Below, one piece after another: positions 11,320 through 24,029 of a DNA stretch of 64,000 bases. The first letter of the stretch is position 1, and the number at the start of each line of letters is the position of its first letter. Both the position numbers and the translations under genes were made by a program. Location of the stretch: positions 8,246,001-8,310,000 of the forward strand of contig CATNEN010000029.1 in the NCBI GenBank assembly GCA_950097015.1. Direction: 5' to 3'. Below the pieces are notes generated by a model, which made no database searches, was not told where the DNA came from, and was given only the letters and a program-made list of their open reading frames with translations. Origin of the DNA: Macrostomum hystrix. Lineage: Eukaryota; Animalia; Platyhelminthes.

Positions 11320-12275
11320 CTGTGATAATCCTCACCATGAGCTGATCTGGGATAACCCTCACCATGAGCTGATCTGGGATAACCCTCACCATGAGCTGAT
11401 CTGGGATAACCCTCACCATGAGCTGATCTGGGATAACCCTCACCATGAGCTGATCTGGGATAACCCTCACCATGAGCTGATCTGGGATAACCCTCACCAT
11501 GAGCTGATCTGGGATAACCCTCACCATGAGCTGATCTGTGATAACCCTCACCATGAGCTGATCTGGGATAACCCTCACCATGAGCTGATCTGTGATAACC
11601 CTCACCATGAGCTGATCTGGGATAATCCTCACCATGAGCTGATCTGGGATAATCCTCACCATGAGCTGATCTGTGATAACCCTCACCATGAGCTGATCTG
11701 GGATAATCCTCACCATGAGCTTATCAGTGATAATCCTCACCATAATGTGATCAGTGATAATCCTCACCATGAGCTTATCAGTGATAATCCTCACCATAAT
11801 GTGATCAGTGATAATCCTCACCATGAGCTTATCAGTGATAATCCTCACCATCATGTGATCAGTGATAATCCTCACCATGAGCTGATCAGTGATAATCCTC
11901 ACCATAATGTGATCAGTGATAATCCTCACCATGAGGTGATCAGTGATAATCCTCACCATGAGGTGATCAGTGATAATCCTCACCATGAGGTGATCAGTGA
12001 TAATCCTCACCATGAGCTGATCAGTGATAATCCTCACCATGAGGTGATCAGTGATGATACTCACCATGAGGTGATCAGTGATAATCCTCACCATAATGTG
12101 ATCAGTGATAATCCTCACCATGAGCTTATCAGTGATAATCCTCACCATAATGTGATCAGTGATAATCCTCACCATAATGTGATCAGTGATAATCCTCACC
12201 ATGAGCTGATCAGTGATAATCCTCACCATGAGCTGATCAGTGATAATTCTCATCATGAGGTGATCAGTGATGATC
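11320..12275. repeat. Minisatellite, 27 bp (GATAATCCTCACCATGAGCTGATCAGT/TGG)
   Basis: Tandem units; the source of the DNPHHELIW and ITDHLMVRI ORFs. Confidence 0.95.
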
Positions 12276-12799
12276 CTTCTAAAATACAATTTAGATACAC
12301 ACGCGACAGTCAGTTAGCAGATTTTTTTGCCGAGAAATGTTTTTTTCTTTTACGGAAAGTACATTCCCTATTGATGAAATTCTGATGAACTAAATGAGAT
12401 ATCTCACTGTTCAGTATTCAGTTTTTGTTCCTGCATGTTCTAGACTTCTAGACTGGGTCGTAGTCTGTGAGTGACGTGTGTGTGTTTGTGTGTTCGTGTT
12501 TTGCTTATTGGCAGTCTTATCTTACACCCGCAGTATGCAATCAATCAAGCTTGTTAAGCACTAATTCTAGCTGGCATTAATTAGCCTTTGAGCACGAGTT
12601 TTTATTGTTTTAACCAACTGGATCAAGTGAAAGCCGGTCTCTTCTCTCTTCCTGTGCGATTTCGTCGTCACGCAGAATTTAGCTTCGCTGGAGCTTAATA
12701 AGCAAGCTATTTATAATCCTTGTAGTCCGCATTTTGTGTTTTAGCTAGAAGTAGAGTTGGAACTACATCTGGAATTGCTGCAGGATTTATAGCTAGAAT

Positions 12800-13470
12800 C
12801 TAGGCAGGAATCGCAGCAGGAACGGTAGCTGGAATCGCAGAAGGAACAGTTGCTGGAATCGCAGCAGGAACAGTTGCTGGAATCGCAGCAGGAACAGTTG
12901 CTGGAATCGCAGAAGGAACAGTTGCTGGAATCGCAGCAGGAACGGTAGCTGGAATCGCAGAAGGAACAGTTGCTGGAATCGCAGCAGGAACAGTTGCTGG
13001 AATCGCAGCAGGAACAGTTGCTGGAATCGCAGAAGGAACAGTTGCTGGAATCGCAGCAGGAATAGTTGCTGGAGTCGCAGAAGGAACCTTAGCTGGAATC
13101 GCAGCAGGAACAGTAGCTGGAATCGCAGAAGGAACAGTTGCTGGAATCGCAGAAGGAACAGTTGCTGGAATCGCAGCAGGAATAGTTGCTGGAGTCGCAG
13201 AAGGAACAGTAGCCGGAATCGCGGCAGGAACAGTAGCTGGAATCGCAGCAGGAACAGTAGCTGGAATCGCAGCAGGAACAGTAGCCGGAATCGCAGCAGG
13301 AACATTAGCCGGAATCGCGGCAGGAACAGTATTTGGAATCGCAGCAGAACAGTAGCTGGAATCGCAGCAGGAACAGTTGCTGGAATCGCAGAAGGAACAG
13401 TTGCTGGAATCGCAGCAGGAATAGTTGCTGGAGTCGCAGAAGGAACAGTTGCTGGAATCGCAGCAAGAAT
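12800..13470. repeat. Minisatellite, 24 bp (GCTGGAATCGCAGCAGGAACAGTT)
   Basis: Tandem units, with a 1-nt deletion near 13348 that shifts the reading frame. Confidence 0.92.
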
Positions 13471-14094
13471 CGTAGCAGAACCCCAATCTGAAAGAAAACC
13501 GCACCAGGACCACTTTCAAGAACCGCAGCAAGAATCATATTCAGTGAGACTATACAATCGATACAGCATCCGGGCTTTCAATAATTATCCCAGTGCCAAC
13601 GCAAAAATGTACTTTTCGTACTGAAGTATTAGTACTTCAACCACGGCCGCCAAGACTCTCAAGCTGCAGTGTCCACTCGAGTGTTTCGATAATGTCACCC
13701 AGTGAAGAGCGCTGTATTATTAATTATCTTTTTTAGTGATCCAAGGAAGCGAGACGTACGCACTCCTGGTATGAAATGATCGTATATTCGCTAAATTTAG
13801 AATATAATAATGCATAGCTGTGCAGTATAATTAAAAGCCTAGGCGAGAAGAACTGTTAAATAACTTGAGGATTCAAAACAGTTTTTGGCATATTAAACTA
13901 TCATTTTATGAGCTTAGGCGTCACTTCAAACTGATCGGTGACAGCTGACCACCCTGCTCTAATAATAAAATACCTTCTTGGCATCCACAGTTCAAACTCT
14001 TGAAATTTAAATTGAAAAGGGCTGCTTGGAATCGTAACTGCGTACAAGTTTAGAGCGCACCAGCGAAAGGGATCGCTTTTACTTGCCTAAACTG

Positions 14095-14670
14095 TACATT
14101 CCCTAAACTCCACATTTCCTATACGGCACATTCCCTACACGGCACATTCCCAAAACTGCACATTCCCTAAACTCCACATTCCCAAAACTGTACATACCCT
14201 AAACTGCACATTCCAAAACTGCACATTCCCAAAACTGCACATTCCCTAAACTGTACATACTCTAAACTGCACATTCCCTAAACTGCTTGTTTCCTAAACT
14301 GCACATTCCCTAAACTCCACATTCCCTAAACTGTACATACCCTATAAACTGCACATTCCCAAAACTGCACATTCCCTAAACTGTACATACCCTAAACTGC
14401 ACATTCCCTAAACTGCTTGTTTCCTAAACTGCACATTCCCTAAACTCCACATTCCCTAAACTGTACATACCCTATAAACTGCACATTCCCAAAACTGCAC
14501 ATTCCCTAAACTGTACATACCCTAAACTGCACATTCCCTAAACTGCTTGTTTCCTAAACTGCACATTCCCTAAACTCCACATTCCCTAAACTGTACATAC
14601 CCTATAAACTGCACATTCCCTAAACTCCACATTCCCTAGACTGCGCATTCCCTAAACTGTACATTTTCTA
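14095..14670. repeat. Minisatellite, ~16-17 bp (CCCTAAACTGCACATT), upstream of the GPCR
   Basis: Tandem units with a higher-order periodicity. Confidence 0.9.
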
Positions 14671-14927
14671 AACTGCTCCTATCTTATTATTGAATCACAA
14701 ATTGAGACGGAAATACTTGCATAGGAATGATCGCCAGTATTCTGTAAGCTCCTGGCCAATCAGAGCGACCCGGCTCACTTGAGTGCTACACCAGCCCCAC
14801 CCCATATTCCTAATCTCTGAGGCTACTAAAAGGAGCGAGAGAAATAACTGCCGCTGCTTCTGCTAATATCCAACTCGCCTGCCAAGAGGCTCCCGTCTCA
14901 GACAAGTTTTATCTGTCGGATTCGGTC

Positions 14928-17900
14928 ATGGAATCGGATGAGGCTCAGAGCCAGGCACGAGCTCTGAGCTACTACATGTTCGGCTGTGTTGGCACCAGCA
15001 TCTGCTGCTTTGGCGTCCTCGCCAATGCCCTCTCTTTGGTGGTACTGTCAAAGAAATCGATGCGAAGCAGCAGCACCAACTTGTACCTGATGGCGCTGGC
15101 TGTGGCCGACACCCTAGTGCTGCTGATGTCGCTCCTGACGTTTCTGAAGGACACCAGGCCCATCTTCGACCAGGCCGAATACGTGATCTGGCGCGACTCG
15201 CCCTGGCTGCCGCACGTTTACATCTACTCCCACGCGCTGAACCTCATGTTCCAGGTGCGTTATCAATACTGTCATCCATACTGTCATCTAGACTGTCATC
15301 TAGACTGTCATCTATACTGTCATCTATACTGTCATCTATACTGTCATCTAGACTGTCATCTAGACTGTCATCTAGACTGTCATCTAGACTGTCATCTAGA
15401 CTGTCATCTAGACTGTCATCTAGACTGTCATCTAGACTGTCATCTAGACTGTCATCTGGACTGTCATCTGGACTGTCATCTGGACTGTCATCTGGACTGT
15501 CATCTGGACTGTCATCTATACTGTCATCTATACTGTCATCTATACTGTCATCTATACTGTCATCTATACTGTCATCTAGACTGTCATCTAGACTGTCATC
15601 TAGACTGTCATCTAGACTGTCATCTAGACTGTCATCTAGACTGTCATCTGGACTGTCATCTGGACTGTCATCTGGACTGTCATCTGGACTGTCATCTATA
15701 CTGTAATCTATACTGTCATGTAGACAGTCGTCTATACTGTCATCTATACTGTCATCTGGACTGTCATCTATACTGTCATCTAGACTGTCATCTAGACTGT
15801 CATCTAGACTGTCATCTAGACTGTCATCTATACTGTCATCTATACTGTCATCTATACTGTCATCTATACTGTCATCTAGACTGTCATCTAGACTGTCATC
15901 TATACTGTCATCTATACTGTCATCTGGACTGTCTTCTGGACTGTCATCTGGACTGTCATCTGGACTGTCATCTAGACTGTCATCTTGGCAGTAATCTAGA
16001 CATTCATCTATACAGTCATGTAGACAGTCATCTATACTGTCAACTGGACTGTCATCTATACTGTCATCTAGACAGTTACCTAGGCAACCATCAAGGCAGT
16101 CATATAGGCAGACATCTAGACAGTCATCTAGACATTGCTTTAGTCGGACAGTCGGGTCAGACTGTAGGACAGACAATTCCATTTGATTCGCACAACAACT
16201 CTCCATTATTTTAATGAAACGATAAGTTGATTGTTGTAAAAAAACACAAAATTAATTTATCAATCAGCGCCATCATTTGAGCCTTTAAGAATTCTATTCC
16301 TATAGATTGGGAACTTTTAGCAGTAAATTATCTAATAAACAGAGTTTATTTTACACTGGCTAAGGTAAATAGTAACCAATCCTTCCTCAGTAAACTGTAT
16401 TACAGAGGCCTTGAACTGCTAAGTCATTTAAATCTCATTTACTTACTGCGGTAAGCATAATCCTTTACCGACAAGGGCAAGCCGTGGTACCACTTTTAAA
16501 TTCCCGTAGGGGAAAAATACGGCACCGGGGGGAACTTTAACCAATGGGGGCGTAGATAAACTTGAGGATTAAATCCTTATTAAACGGAAAATTTTCTCAA
16601 CTTTGCTGAAATCCGAATCCTCATTCCAGGCCTCCGGTCTCTGGGGAGAAAGTTGCGGGGGGCAAATAAATATATTTCCGGAGGTTTTTTGCCTAGCAAA
16701 ATCAGGCCAAAAATTTGGGGAAATTTAAAACAAAATATCTTCCATGGAGATTATTCCCTGCTCTAACGACTGTTCAGAAAATATGGAGAGAGCATTTGAG
16801 TTCATTTTATTTGTCGATTCCCCGCGGAATGGTCTCTAGCTTTTTGTTAGCTTTGCTTCACAGAATTCTCACTTTCCCCCCCCCATACTTTTAGCCCCGG
16901 ATTTTCAAGGACAAAAAGCTTAATGAAAGCTTAGTCGCGGTCACACGCAAACTAGTAGATTGCGGGGAACTGCGGCATCAGACACTGCTGGCACAGCTCA
17001 CATTGTGACGTATTGTACGAGCGCATTATTCAAAATGAATTTGTTTTACATTGTTAATATGAGTTTGAATCAGTTCAAGGATCGAAAAAACTTACCAACA
17101 AGCCGGACGCCTGGGTAAAAGCTGAATCAAAGCTAGAGCAGAACTGGATCAAAGCTGGAGCTGAGCTGGATCAGAGCTGTACCTGTCATCTGTGAAGGGT
17201 GAGGGTGAAGAGGACAGAGGAAGAGGAAGAGGGCAGAGCTGGATCAAAGCTGGATCAGAGCTGGATCAAAGCTGGAGCAGAGCTGGACCAAAGCTGGATC
17301 AGACCTGGAGTAGAGCTGAATCAAAGCTGGATCAGAGCTGGAGCAGAGCTGGATCAGAGCTGGACCAAAGCTGGATCAGAGCTGGAGCAGAGCTGGATCG
17401 GAGCTGGACCAAAGCTGGATCAGAGCTGGAGCAGAGCTGGACCAAAGCTGGAGCAGAGCTGGACCAAAGCTGGATCAGAGCTGGAGCAGAGCTGGAGCAG
17501 AGCTGGACCAAAGCTGGATCAGAGCTGGAGCAGAGCTGGACCAAAGCTGGATCAGAGCTGGAGCAGAGCTGGACCAAAGCTGGATCAGAGCTGGAGCAGA
17601 GCTGGACCAAAGCTGGAGCAGAGCTGGATCAAAGCTGGAGCAGAGCTGGATCAGAGCTGGAGCAGAGCTGGAGCAGAGCTGCAGAAGTACTGAAGCTGGT
17701 GCTGCATCAGTAACATGTCAGTATCTTAAAAAGTAGTCTGAGAGCGCATCCCAAAAGTCAGTAAATCTCTTATCATTTTAATCGCGAACGTCCTCTAAGT
17801 GATCAGGTCGGACCATCAGCCCTCTTCCTGAAATATTTCCTGCCCCGCAACTGGTTCATCTAATCGTATCATTTCCTAGTTCTTCCATTTCTTAATTGGG

Positions 17901-20224
17901 AAAAAAGGACCTCATCCAGTACAAAGCGCATTTGCCTGAGCCCTGAGGGATGGGAGCTCGTATCGTATAACCTGCTGAGTCAATCTCATCGCATGCTCTA
18001 CCACACAGGGGATTTTTCTGTGCTCAGAGAATAAGGATTAGCATTCTTTCCTTGGCCACAACTGACGAACCTGTTGACTTGCCCGATCACGAAACGTCGC
18101 TAAATCACACGAGACCAGACGGCCGTTCGTCTAGCTTCGCTTCAACCACGTATTCGCGGAACAAAAAATTCTGTCTGTCTGATATTGAGAAAGAGCGCTT
18201 GCACTTTTATTAGTGCGAGTCTAGAATTGGAATGGCCAAGTGCCCGCCCCGACAATGATGGGCTGGCGAATAGTTGAGAATAGAGATACCCAGCTTGAGC
18301 AGCTCTTTAGTGTCCGACGATTATACTAGCTATTTATTGCCCTGATGTGAGCAATCTAGAGAATTATTCTGTCATTTATTCGATCCTTAATCACCTCGTA
18401 TAGATATTACTCTTCGGGTTAGCATTTATCCTATTTGGGGATTCAAACTCGCATGGATTTCACTTCATTCGGATTTTGCCTTGATGAGATTTCGAATCGT
18501 TTGTCTTTTGGCTCGTTGGAATTTTGAATCGTTCAATATTAGTCAGGTAGAAATTACAGTTATAATAGGTAAAATACTCGGTTACTAGAAGATAACAGAG
18601 GGAGGGGAAGAGGACAGAGGATCGGAAAGAGGACGAAGTAAGAGGGAAGAGATGTAGCGGAAGAGGACAGAGGAAGAGGAAGAGGACAGAGGAAGGGGAA
18701 GAGGAAGAGGACAGTGGAAGAGGAAGAGGACAGAGGAAGGGGAAGAGGAAGAGGACAGAGGAAGGAGAAGAGGACAGAGAAAGGGGAAGAGGACAGAGGA
18801 AGGGGAAGAGGACAGAGGAAGGAGAAGAGGACAGAGGAAGGGGAAGAGGACAGTGGAAGGGGAAGGACAGTGGAAGGGTGAAGAGGACAAAGGAAGGAGA
18901 AGAGGACAGAGGAAGGGGAAAAGGACAGAGAAGGGGGAAGAGGACAGAGGAAGGAGAAGAGGACAGAGAAAGGGGAAGAGGACAGAGGAAGGAGAAGAGG
19001 ACAGAGGAAGGGGAAGAGGACAGAGGAAGGGGAAGAGGACAGAGGAAGGGGAAGAGGACAGAGGAAGGGGAAAAGGACAGAGAAGGGGGAAGAGGACAGA
19101 GGAAGGAGAAGAGGACAGAGAAAGGGGAAGAGGACAGAGGAAGGAGAAGAGGACAGAGGAAGGGGAAGAGGACAGAGGAAGGGGAAGAGGACAGAGGAAG
19201 GGGAAGAGGACAGAGGTAGGCGAACAGAACTCCATGTTAAATCTCCTCAACTGACTGCCCGCCTTGTCCAACCCATCAGGTGGCCTCAGTGTGGCTCACC
19301 CTGGCCTTCACGGTGGATCGCTACGTGATGATCTGCCATCCGTTCGTAGCAGAGCGACACTGCAGCCGGCGCATCGTCTATTGCGTCATCGCCGCCATCT
19401 TCACCGGAGCCGGCGCCTACTCGGTGCCCCGAGCCTTTGAACAGGTGATCTTCCGGCACGAATGGCCGTTTAGCTTCAACTCCAGCAGTCTGGCCGGCCT
19501 CGAGCAGGCGGTAGTGATGAACGACAACTCCTCTCTGACTCAGGCTGAGATGCCCACTCTGGAGCAGCTGCAGCAGCTGCGATTCTATGCGAAGCTGGGC
19601 CCGATCAAATGGTTCCACACTTCAGTGTTCGGCCTTTCAAACTCATTTCGCATGGTCTACCACCTGGCTGCCTGGCTGATCTTAGTTGTGGTCCTGCCGT
19701 TCCTCTGCATCGCCGTCATGAACGTCTTCCTAATTCTCGAGGTTCGCCGCTCGCGCCGTCGCGGCCAACGAATCAACGCCAGCGACCAGCGTCGCAGCGA
19801 CACCAACCTGATGCTGATCGGCGTGATCTGCCTGTTCTTTACCTGCCAGATTCCCGCGGCTGTCTCTCATGTACTGTGGAGCATCCAGCCGCTGCAGAAT
19901 ACCACGGTCAGCATGCCGGTCTTCGCCTTCTACGAGGTGTCCAACCTGCTGGTTGTGCTGAACTCCGCCATCAACATTGTGCCCTATTATCTGTTCAGCC
20001 GGCGCTTTCGCCAGGAGTTCGCGGGCCTCCTGGTCTGCCGGCTGCTGCTGCGTTGTGGGCCGATGCAACCTACTGGCGCCGGCCAGCCGCTGCCGCTGCC
20101 GCTGCACGAGCTTCCGCAGCATGGCCGATGCAGCACCAGCGTCGGCGGCGGTCCCGCCTGGCAGGAGGCGTCAACACGGAGGAAGCGTCGGGAGAGTCAG
20201 CGAAGCTTGCGTGCGCAAAAATGA
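14928..20224 (+). CDS. Class A (rhodopsin-like) GPCR, FMRFamide/sex-peptide-receptor-like; exons 14928-15254 and 19280-20224 (423 aa)
   Basis: Phase-0 intron CAG|GTGCGT ... CATCAG|GTG. Motifs: TM1 GVLAN, TM2 YLMALAVADTLVL, TM3 TVDRY..ICHP, TM6 FFTCQIP, TM7 NSAINIVPYYLFSRRFR. Confidence 0.88.
15268..16140. repeat. 12-bp tandem repeat (CTGTCATCTAGA and TATA/TGGA variants), GPCR intron
   Basis: About 70 units arranged in variant blocks. Confidence 0.95.
17135..17685. repeat. ~11-bp AGCTGG-based repeat (CAGAGCTGGAT/CAAAGCTGGA), GPCR intron
   Basis: Tandem units visible directly. Confidence 0.92.
18598..19215. repeat. Purine-rich ~19-bp minisatellite (AAGAGGACAGAGGAAGGGG), GPCR intron 3' end
   Basis: Tandem units; the reverse complement of the 20480-20905 array. 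Confidence 0.95.
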
Positions 20225-20479
20225 ACTTATTGACTGAAGCCACTGTCTGAGCAAGAACTCAACTGTTGTTCCCATATCACGGATGTGACCTCACTCAGTC
20301 TGATTCATTCCTGAATCATTTTGCTTATCTCACCAACATGCACGTTTCATTTTCTTCCTTTGTCATATCCTCTGTCCTCCTCTTTCCCTTCCTCTGCCTC
20401 TCTTCATTCATCTGTCCTTTCCTCTGTCCTCCTACCTTTCCTGTCCTTTTATCCTTCCCTTATCATCTTCTTCAATTCT

Positions 20480-20905
20480 CTTCCCCTTCCTCAGTCCTCT
20501 TCCCCTTCCTCAATCCTCTTCCTCTTCCTCCGTTCTCTTCCCCTTCATCAGTCCTCATCCCCTTCCTCAGTCCTCTTCTCCTTCCTCTGTCCTCTTCCCC
20601 TTCCTCTGTCCTCTTCCCCTTCCTCTGTCCTCTTCCCCTTCCTCTGTCCTCTTCCCCTTCCTCTGTCCTCTTCTCCTTCCTCTGTCCTCTTCTCCTTCCT
20701 CTGTCCTCTTCCCCTTTCTCTGTCCTCTTCCCCTTCCTCAGTCCTCTTCCCCTTCCTCAGTCCTCTTCCCCTTCCTCAGTCCTCTTCCCCTTCCTCCGTT
20801 CTCTTCCCCTTCATCAGTCCTCTTCCCCTTCCTCAGTCCTCTTCCCCTTCCTCAGTCCTCTTCCCCTTTCTCTGTCCTCTTCCCCTTCCTCAGTCCTCTT
20901 TCCCT
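20480..20905. repeat. Pyrimidine-rich ~19-bp minisatellite (CCCCTTCCTCTGTCCTCTT), downstream of the GPCR stop
   Basis: An inverted copy of the 18598-19215 unit. Confidence 0.95.
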
Positions 20906-21210
20906 TCCCTGCCCTTTACTCATTGATTAACCCCATTGATTTTTTAGCAATGTGACTGACTAAATCGTGTATTTTACCTACGTTAATTGTCTTTTTAACC
21001 TGTATGCAGCAGCGTATGTTGCACTTTAGGTTAATAATTTATTTTACAAAATTATTTTTTCTTTGTAAATCGAACCTATGCAAACGCTCTCACAGATACA
21101 CTTAGAATTGTGAGCCTAGTTATTTACCTGCAGTGCGACAGTCCTACTTAATTGATTTTGAACAGAAATACAGCTAAGTTTACAGAAACTTAATCTTAGC
21201 TGTACTAATA

Positions 21211-21415
21211 CCGCGGAGAGAAGGTGCCCTGACGATGGGAAAGTCAGGGCATATGTGCACACCTGTGTGAGCGTATGCCTGCGTACAGTATCTGTGTGCG
21301 TGTGTGCTCAGGAGTCAGCGAAATGGGCAGAATTGCTTCCTCGCTGGCTGCGGGTCTAGTGCCACCAAATGATGTGCCACTGCCTGCAGCCCTCCTGAAA
21401 TTACTATTATTATAC
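21211..21415 (+). mobile_element. tRNA-derived SINE, copy 2 (5'-truncated)
   Basis: Core TGCCCTGACGATGGGAAAGTCAGGGCA...CAGCGAAATGGGCAGAATTGC...CCTCCTGAAATTACTATTATT with an ATT-type tail. Confidence 0.8.
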
Positions 21416-22079
21416 AAGCCCTACAAAGCGTCTCTCCGGCTCGCCGCAGATTCGAGCTCAAGGACTTTTTTGTTAGTTTTCGGGCGCGATATTACTCATC
21501 TTAATCATCCTCCCAAATGATAATCTTTGGAATCCTTAGAAAAATTATCAAATTAAATTTTCTCGCTCTAGTTTTCGTTTGCAGTTTCACATTTTAAAGA
21601 TTGCTCCACTATCTGAGAAGCTTTTATCGATTGATATGTGGTCAGAAGAGCTTGTATCTGCGTCGTTTCTGAGGGGAATACCTACTAGCACACCTGCTAG
21701 ACCAATTTTGATTTCCTTATCATTCATTCCCCTATTTAATCCCAGTCTGTCGACTTGTAGGTCTAAGGCTTCGGCATGTGTGCTTCCTTCCCAAAGCCCG
21801 TGTCCTATGTGCACTGCCGAGGGCGTAGCTTTAATCCGTCTCGTCCACCCTTGCGTGCGCGATTGAGTTCGGCCTCAAGGGCTTGAAGCCGAATTTACAA
21901 AGAGTCATTCTGTCAATCGAATGGCTACCGCATTATTCTCCTTCTGTTAGGGCTGAAATTCCAGTGTGCTTATAGTCTGGTCTGTGCAACGATTCAGCCT
22001 ATGGCAGAACTGTGCACTTTAGAATTGCGGCATTTTTTCAAACATTCAAACATCTCCAGATTTATTATTGAAATTGGTT

Positions 22080-22285
22080 GAAAATATTCAACTGATCGTC
22101 ATGAAAATCTAGAACACGGGCGAAAATTTTAAGCTCTATCCGATGAAACAACTTCCAGAATCACAAATTTGTCAATCGAGAGGGGCGGAAAATGTAGATC
22201 CATATGGTGGACTTTCAAGAAAATCGGTCCTTCGGTTAGGGAGCTATCGTGAAGTAGGCAGTGGGTTTTCCGTGGTTTTTCCCTA
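22080..22285. mobile_element. Internal fragment of the CAGTAGA-MITE family
   Basis: Shares TTCCAGAATCACAAA, GGGGCGGAAAAT, GGTGGACTTTC and GAAGTAGGCAGTGGG with the 27.1, 30.0 and 41.5 kb copies. Confidence 0.6.
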
Positions 22286-22394
22286 GGTGAAAAAATCTTG
22301 AATGCCTGACAATGAGTCAGTAGTGAAACAAAAATTGCGTTTCTGTCCTTTTCTGAATTTGATGCTTAGTTTCTCATTAGCCGGTTCTCTTGGG

Positions 22395-23125
22395 AAGATT
22401 CGGAAGATTCCCTTCGGCAGATTCTAGTGGGTAGATTATATTCGGCAGATTCTACTCGGCAGATTCTACTCGGCAGATTCCCTTCGTCAGATTCTATTCG
22501 GCGGATTCTATTCGGCAGATTCCAGTTGGCATATTCTACTCGGCAGATTCCCTTCGTCAGATTCTATTCGGCGGATTCTATTCGGCAGATTCCAGTTGGC
22601 ATATTTTAGTCGGCAGATTCTAGTCGGCATATTTTACTCGGCAGATTCTAGTTGGCATATTCTAGTCGGCAGATTCTAGTCGGCAGATTCTAGTCGGCAG
22701 ATTCTAGTCGGCATATTTTAGTCGGCAGATTCTAGTCGGCATATTTTAGTCGGCAGATTCTAGTTGGCATATTTTAGTCGGCAGATTCTAGTTGGCAGAT
22801 TCTAGTCGGCAGATTCTAGTCGGCAGATTCTAGTTGGCATATTCTAGTCGGCAGATTCTAGTCGGCAGATTCTAGTTGGCATATTCTAGTCGGCAGATTC
22901 TAGTCGGCAGATTCTAGTTGGCATATTCTAGTCGGCAGATTCTAGTCGGCAGATTCTAGTTGGCATATTCTAGTCGGCAGATTCTAGTCGGCAGATTCTA
23001 GTCGGCAGATTCTAGTCGGCAGATTCTAGTCGGCAGATTCTAGTCGGCAGATTCTAGTCGGCATATTTTAGTCGGCAGATTCTAGTCGGCAGATTCTAGT
23101 CGGCAGATTTTAGTCGGCAGATTCT
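22395..23125. repeat. 14-bp minisatellite (TTCTAGTCGGCAGA)
   Basis: Tandem units visible directly. Confidence 0.95.
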
Positions 23126-23142
23126 TTTTGTCTGGTTCTTGT

Positions 23143-23255
23143 GACTCCTGAGCACACACGCACACAGATGCCACACGCAGGCGCACACTCACACAGGTGT
23201 GCACATCGGCCCTGACTTATCGTCTGTAGTCTGTACACTCTCACTGTGGTTATCC
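23143..23255 (-). mobile_element. tRNA-derived SINE, copy 3 (fragment)
   Basis: GACTCCTGAGCACACACGCACACAGAT...CACAGGTGTGCACATCGGCCCTGAC matches the SINE core. Confidence 0.65.
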
Positions 23256-24029
23256 CTCACGGGAGTAAGTTGTACAAGAAGCATTCAGCCTACAACAAAG
23301 TCACTGAGACAAATGTTGAATGTCAATTCACTAAATTCAGTTTATTCTGATGTGAGCAGTCATGAAGTCATGAAAAACTGCACGGACAACATTTTGCTTT
23401 CCCTGACCTCTTTTTTGCTTGCTTGAGTTGACCGCGGGTTTAGCTGCTTCACAGAGGAGCAAAGGATGGCAGGATAAAGGGACAGTATAAAAGGGGGCAG
23501 GCAAGTAGCTGTGAGTCAGTCATTAGTTGCATTATACTCTCACGTGGAGGAGGCCAGCAAGTCTTTTTTTTAGGTATTTTTATACCTAAATTTCTGCGAA
23601 TTTAGGTATTTTAAAGGTATTTTTATCATTTGAATAAGTGAGACAGTAAGCAAATGCAGCTGGTACCACTTTGTTTACTTGCTACTTATAGTAATACACT
23701 GAAGCTTTTTATGCATGTGATTGGTGAGTGATTAAATTCCTTTAAACTAGGAACCATAAACTCGTCGTGTATTAAATAAGCTGTCCTCGTGTCGACTGAG
23801 CGCATATCCATCGGGACATCAAGAATCTCAGGTAGGCGGCTTGCTTAATTATTTTATCTATTGATATTTGTTTTGTTAATAATGGCTATTCAAGAAAAGC
23901 TAGGCAAGATGATAATAAGTTGTATGTATGTTTACCAGTTTACAGTACAGTTAAATCTGTGTTTTAAATGACAGTAGTGTCGTTTTACAGAAATTTATGA
24001 GACATCTGGGAGATTTGAGACATGTGAGA

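Noticed and set aside
11240-12385. Long ORFs (349/368 aa) in the 27-bp array, and similar ORFs at 5.2, 7.5, 17.2, 18.6, 20.3, 24, 32, 47, 53, 54.2, 56.3, 58.8 and 60.9 kb
   Set aside because: They are open only because the repeat units lack stops, often on both strands. Many lie inside introns of real genes and have no non-repetitive domain.
12800-13531. Mucin- or antifreeze-like PAAIPATV repeat protein
   Set aside because: The ORF begins through a frameshifting unit deletion, and there is no signal peptide or splice context. It is best explained as a 24-bp minisatellite.
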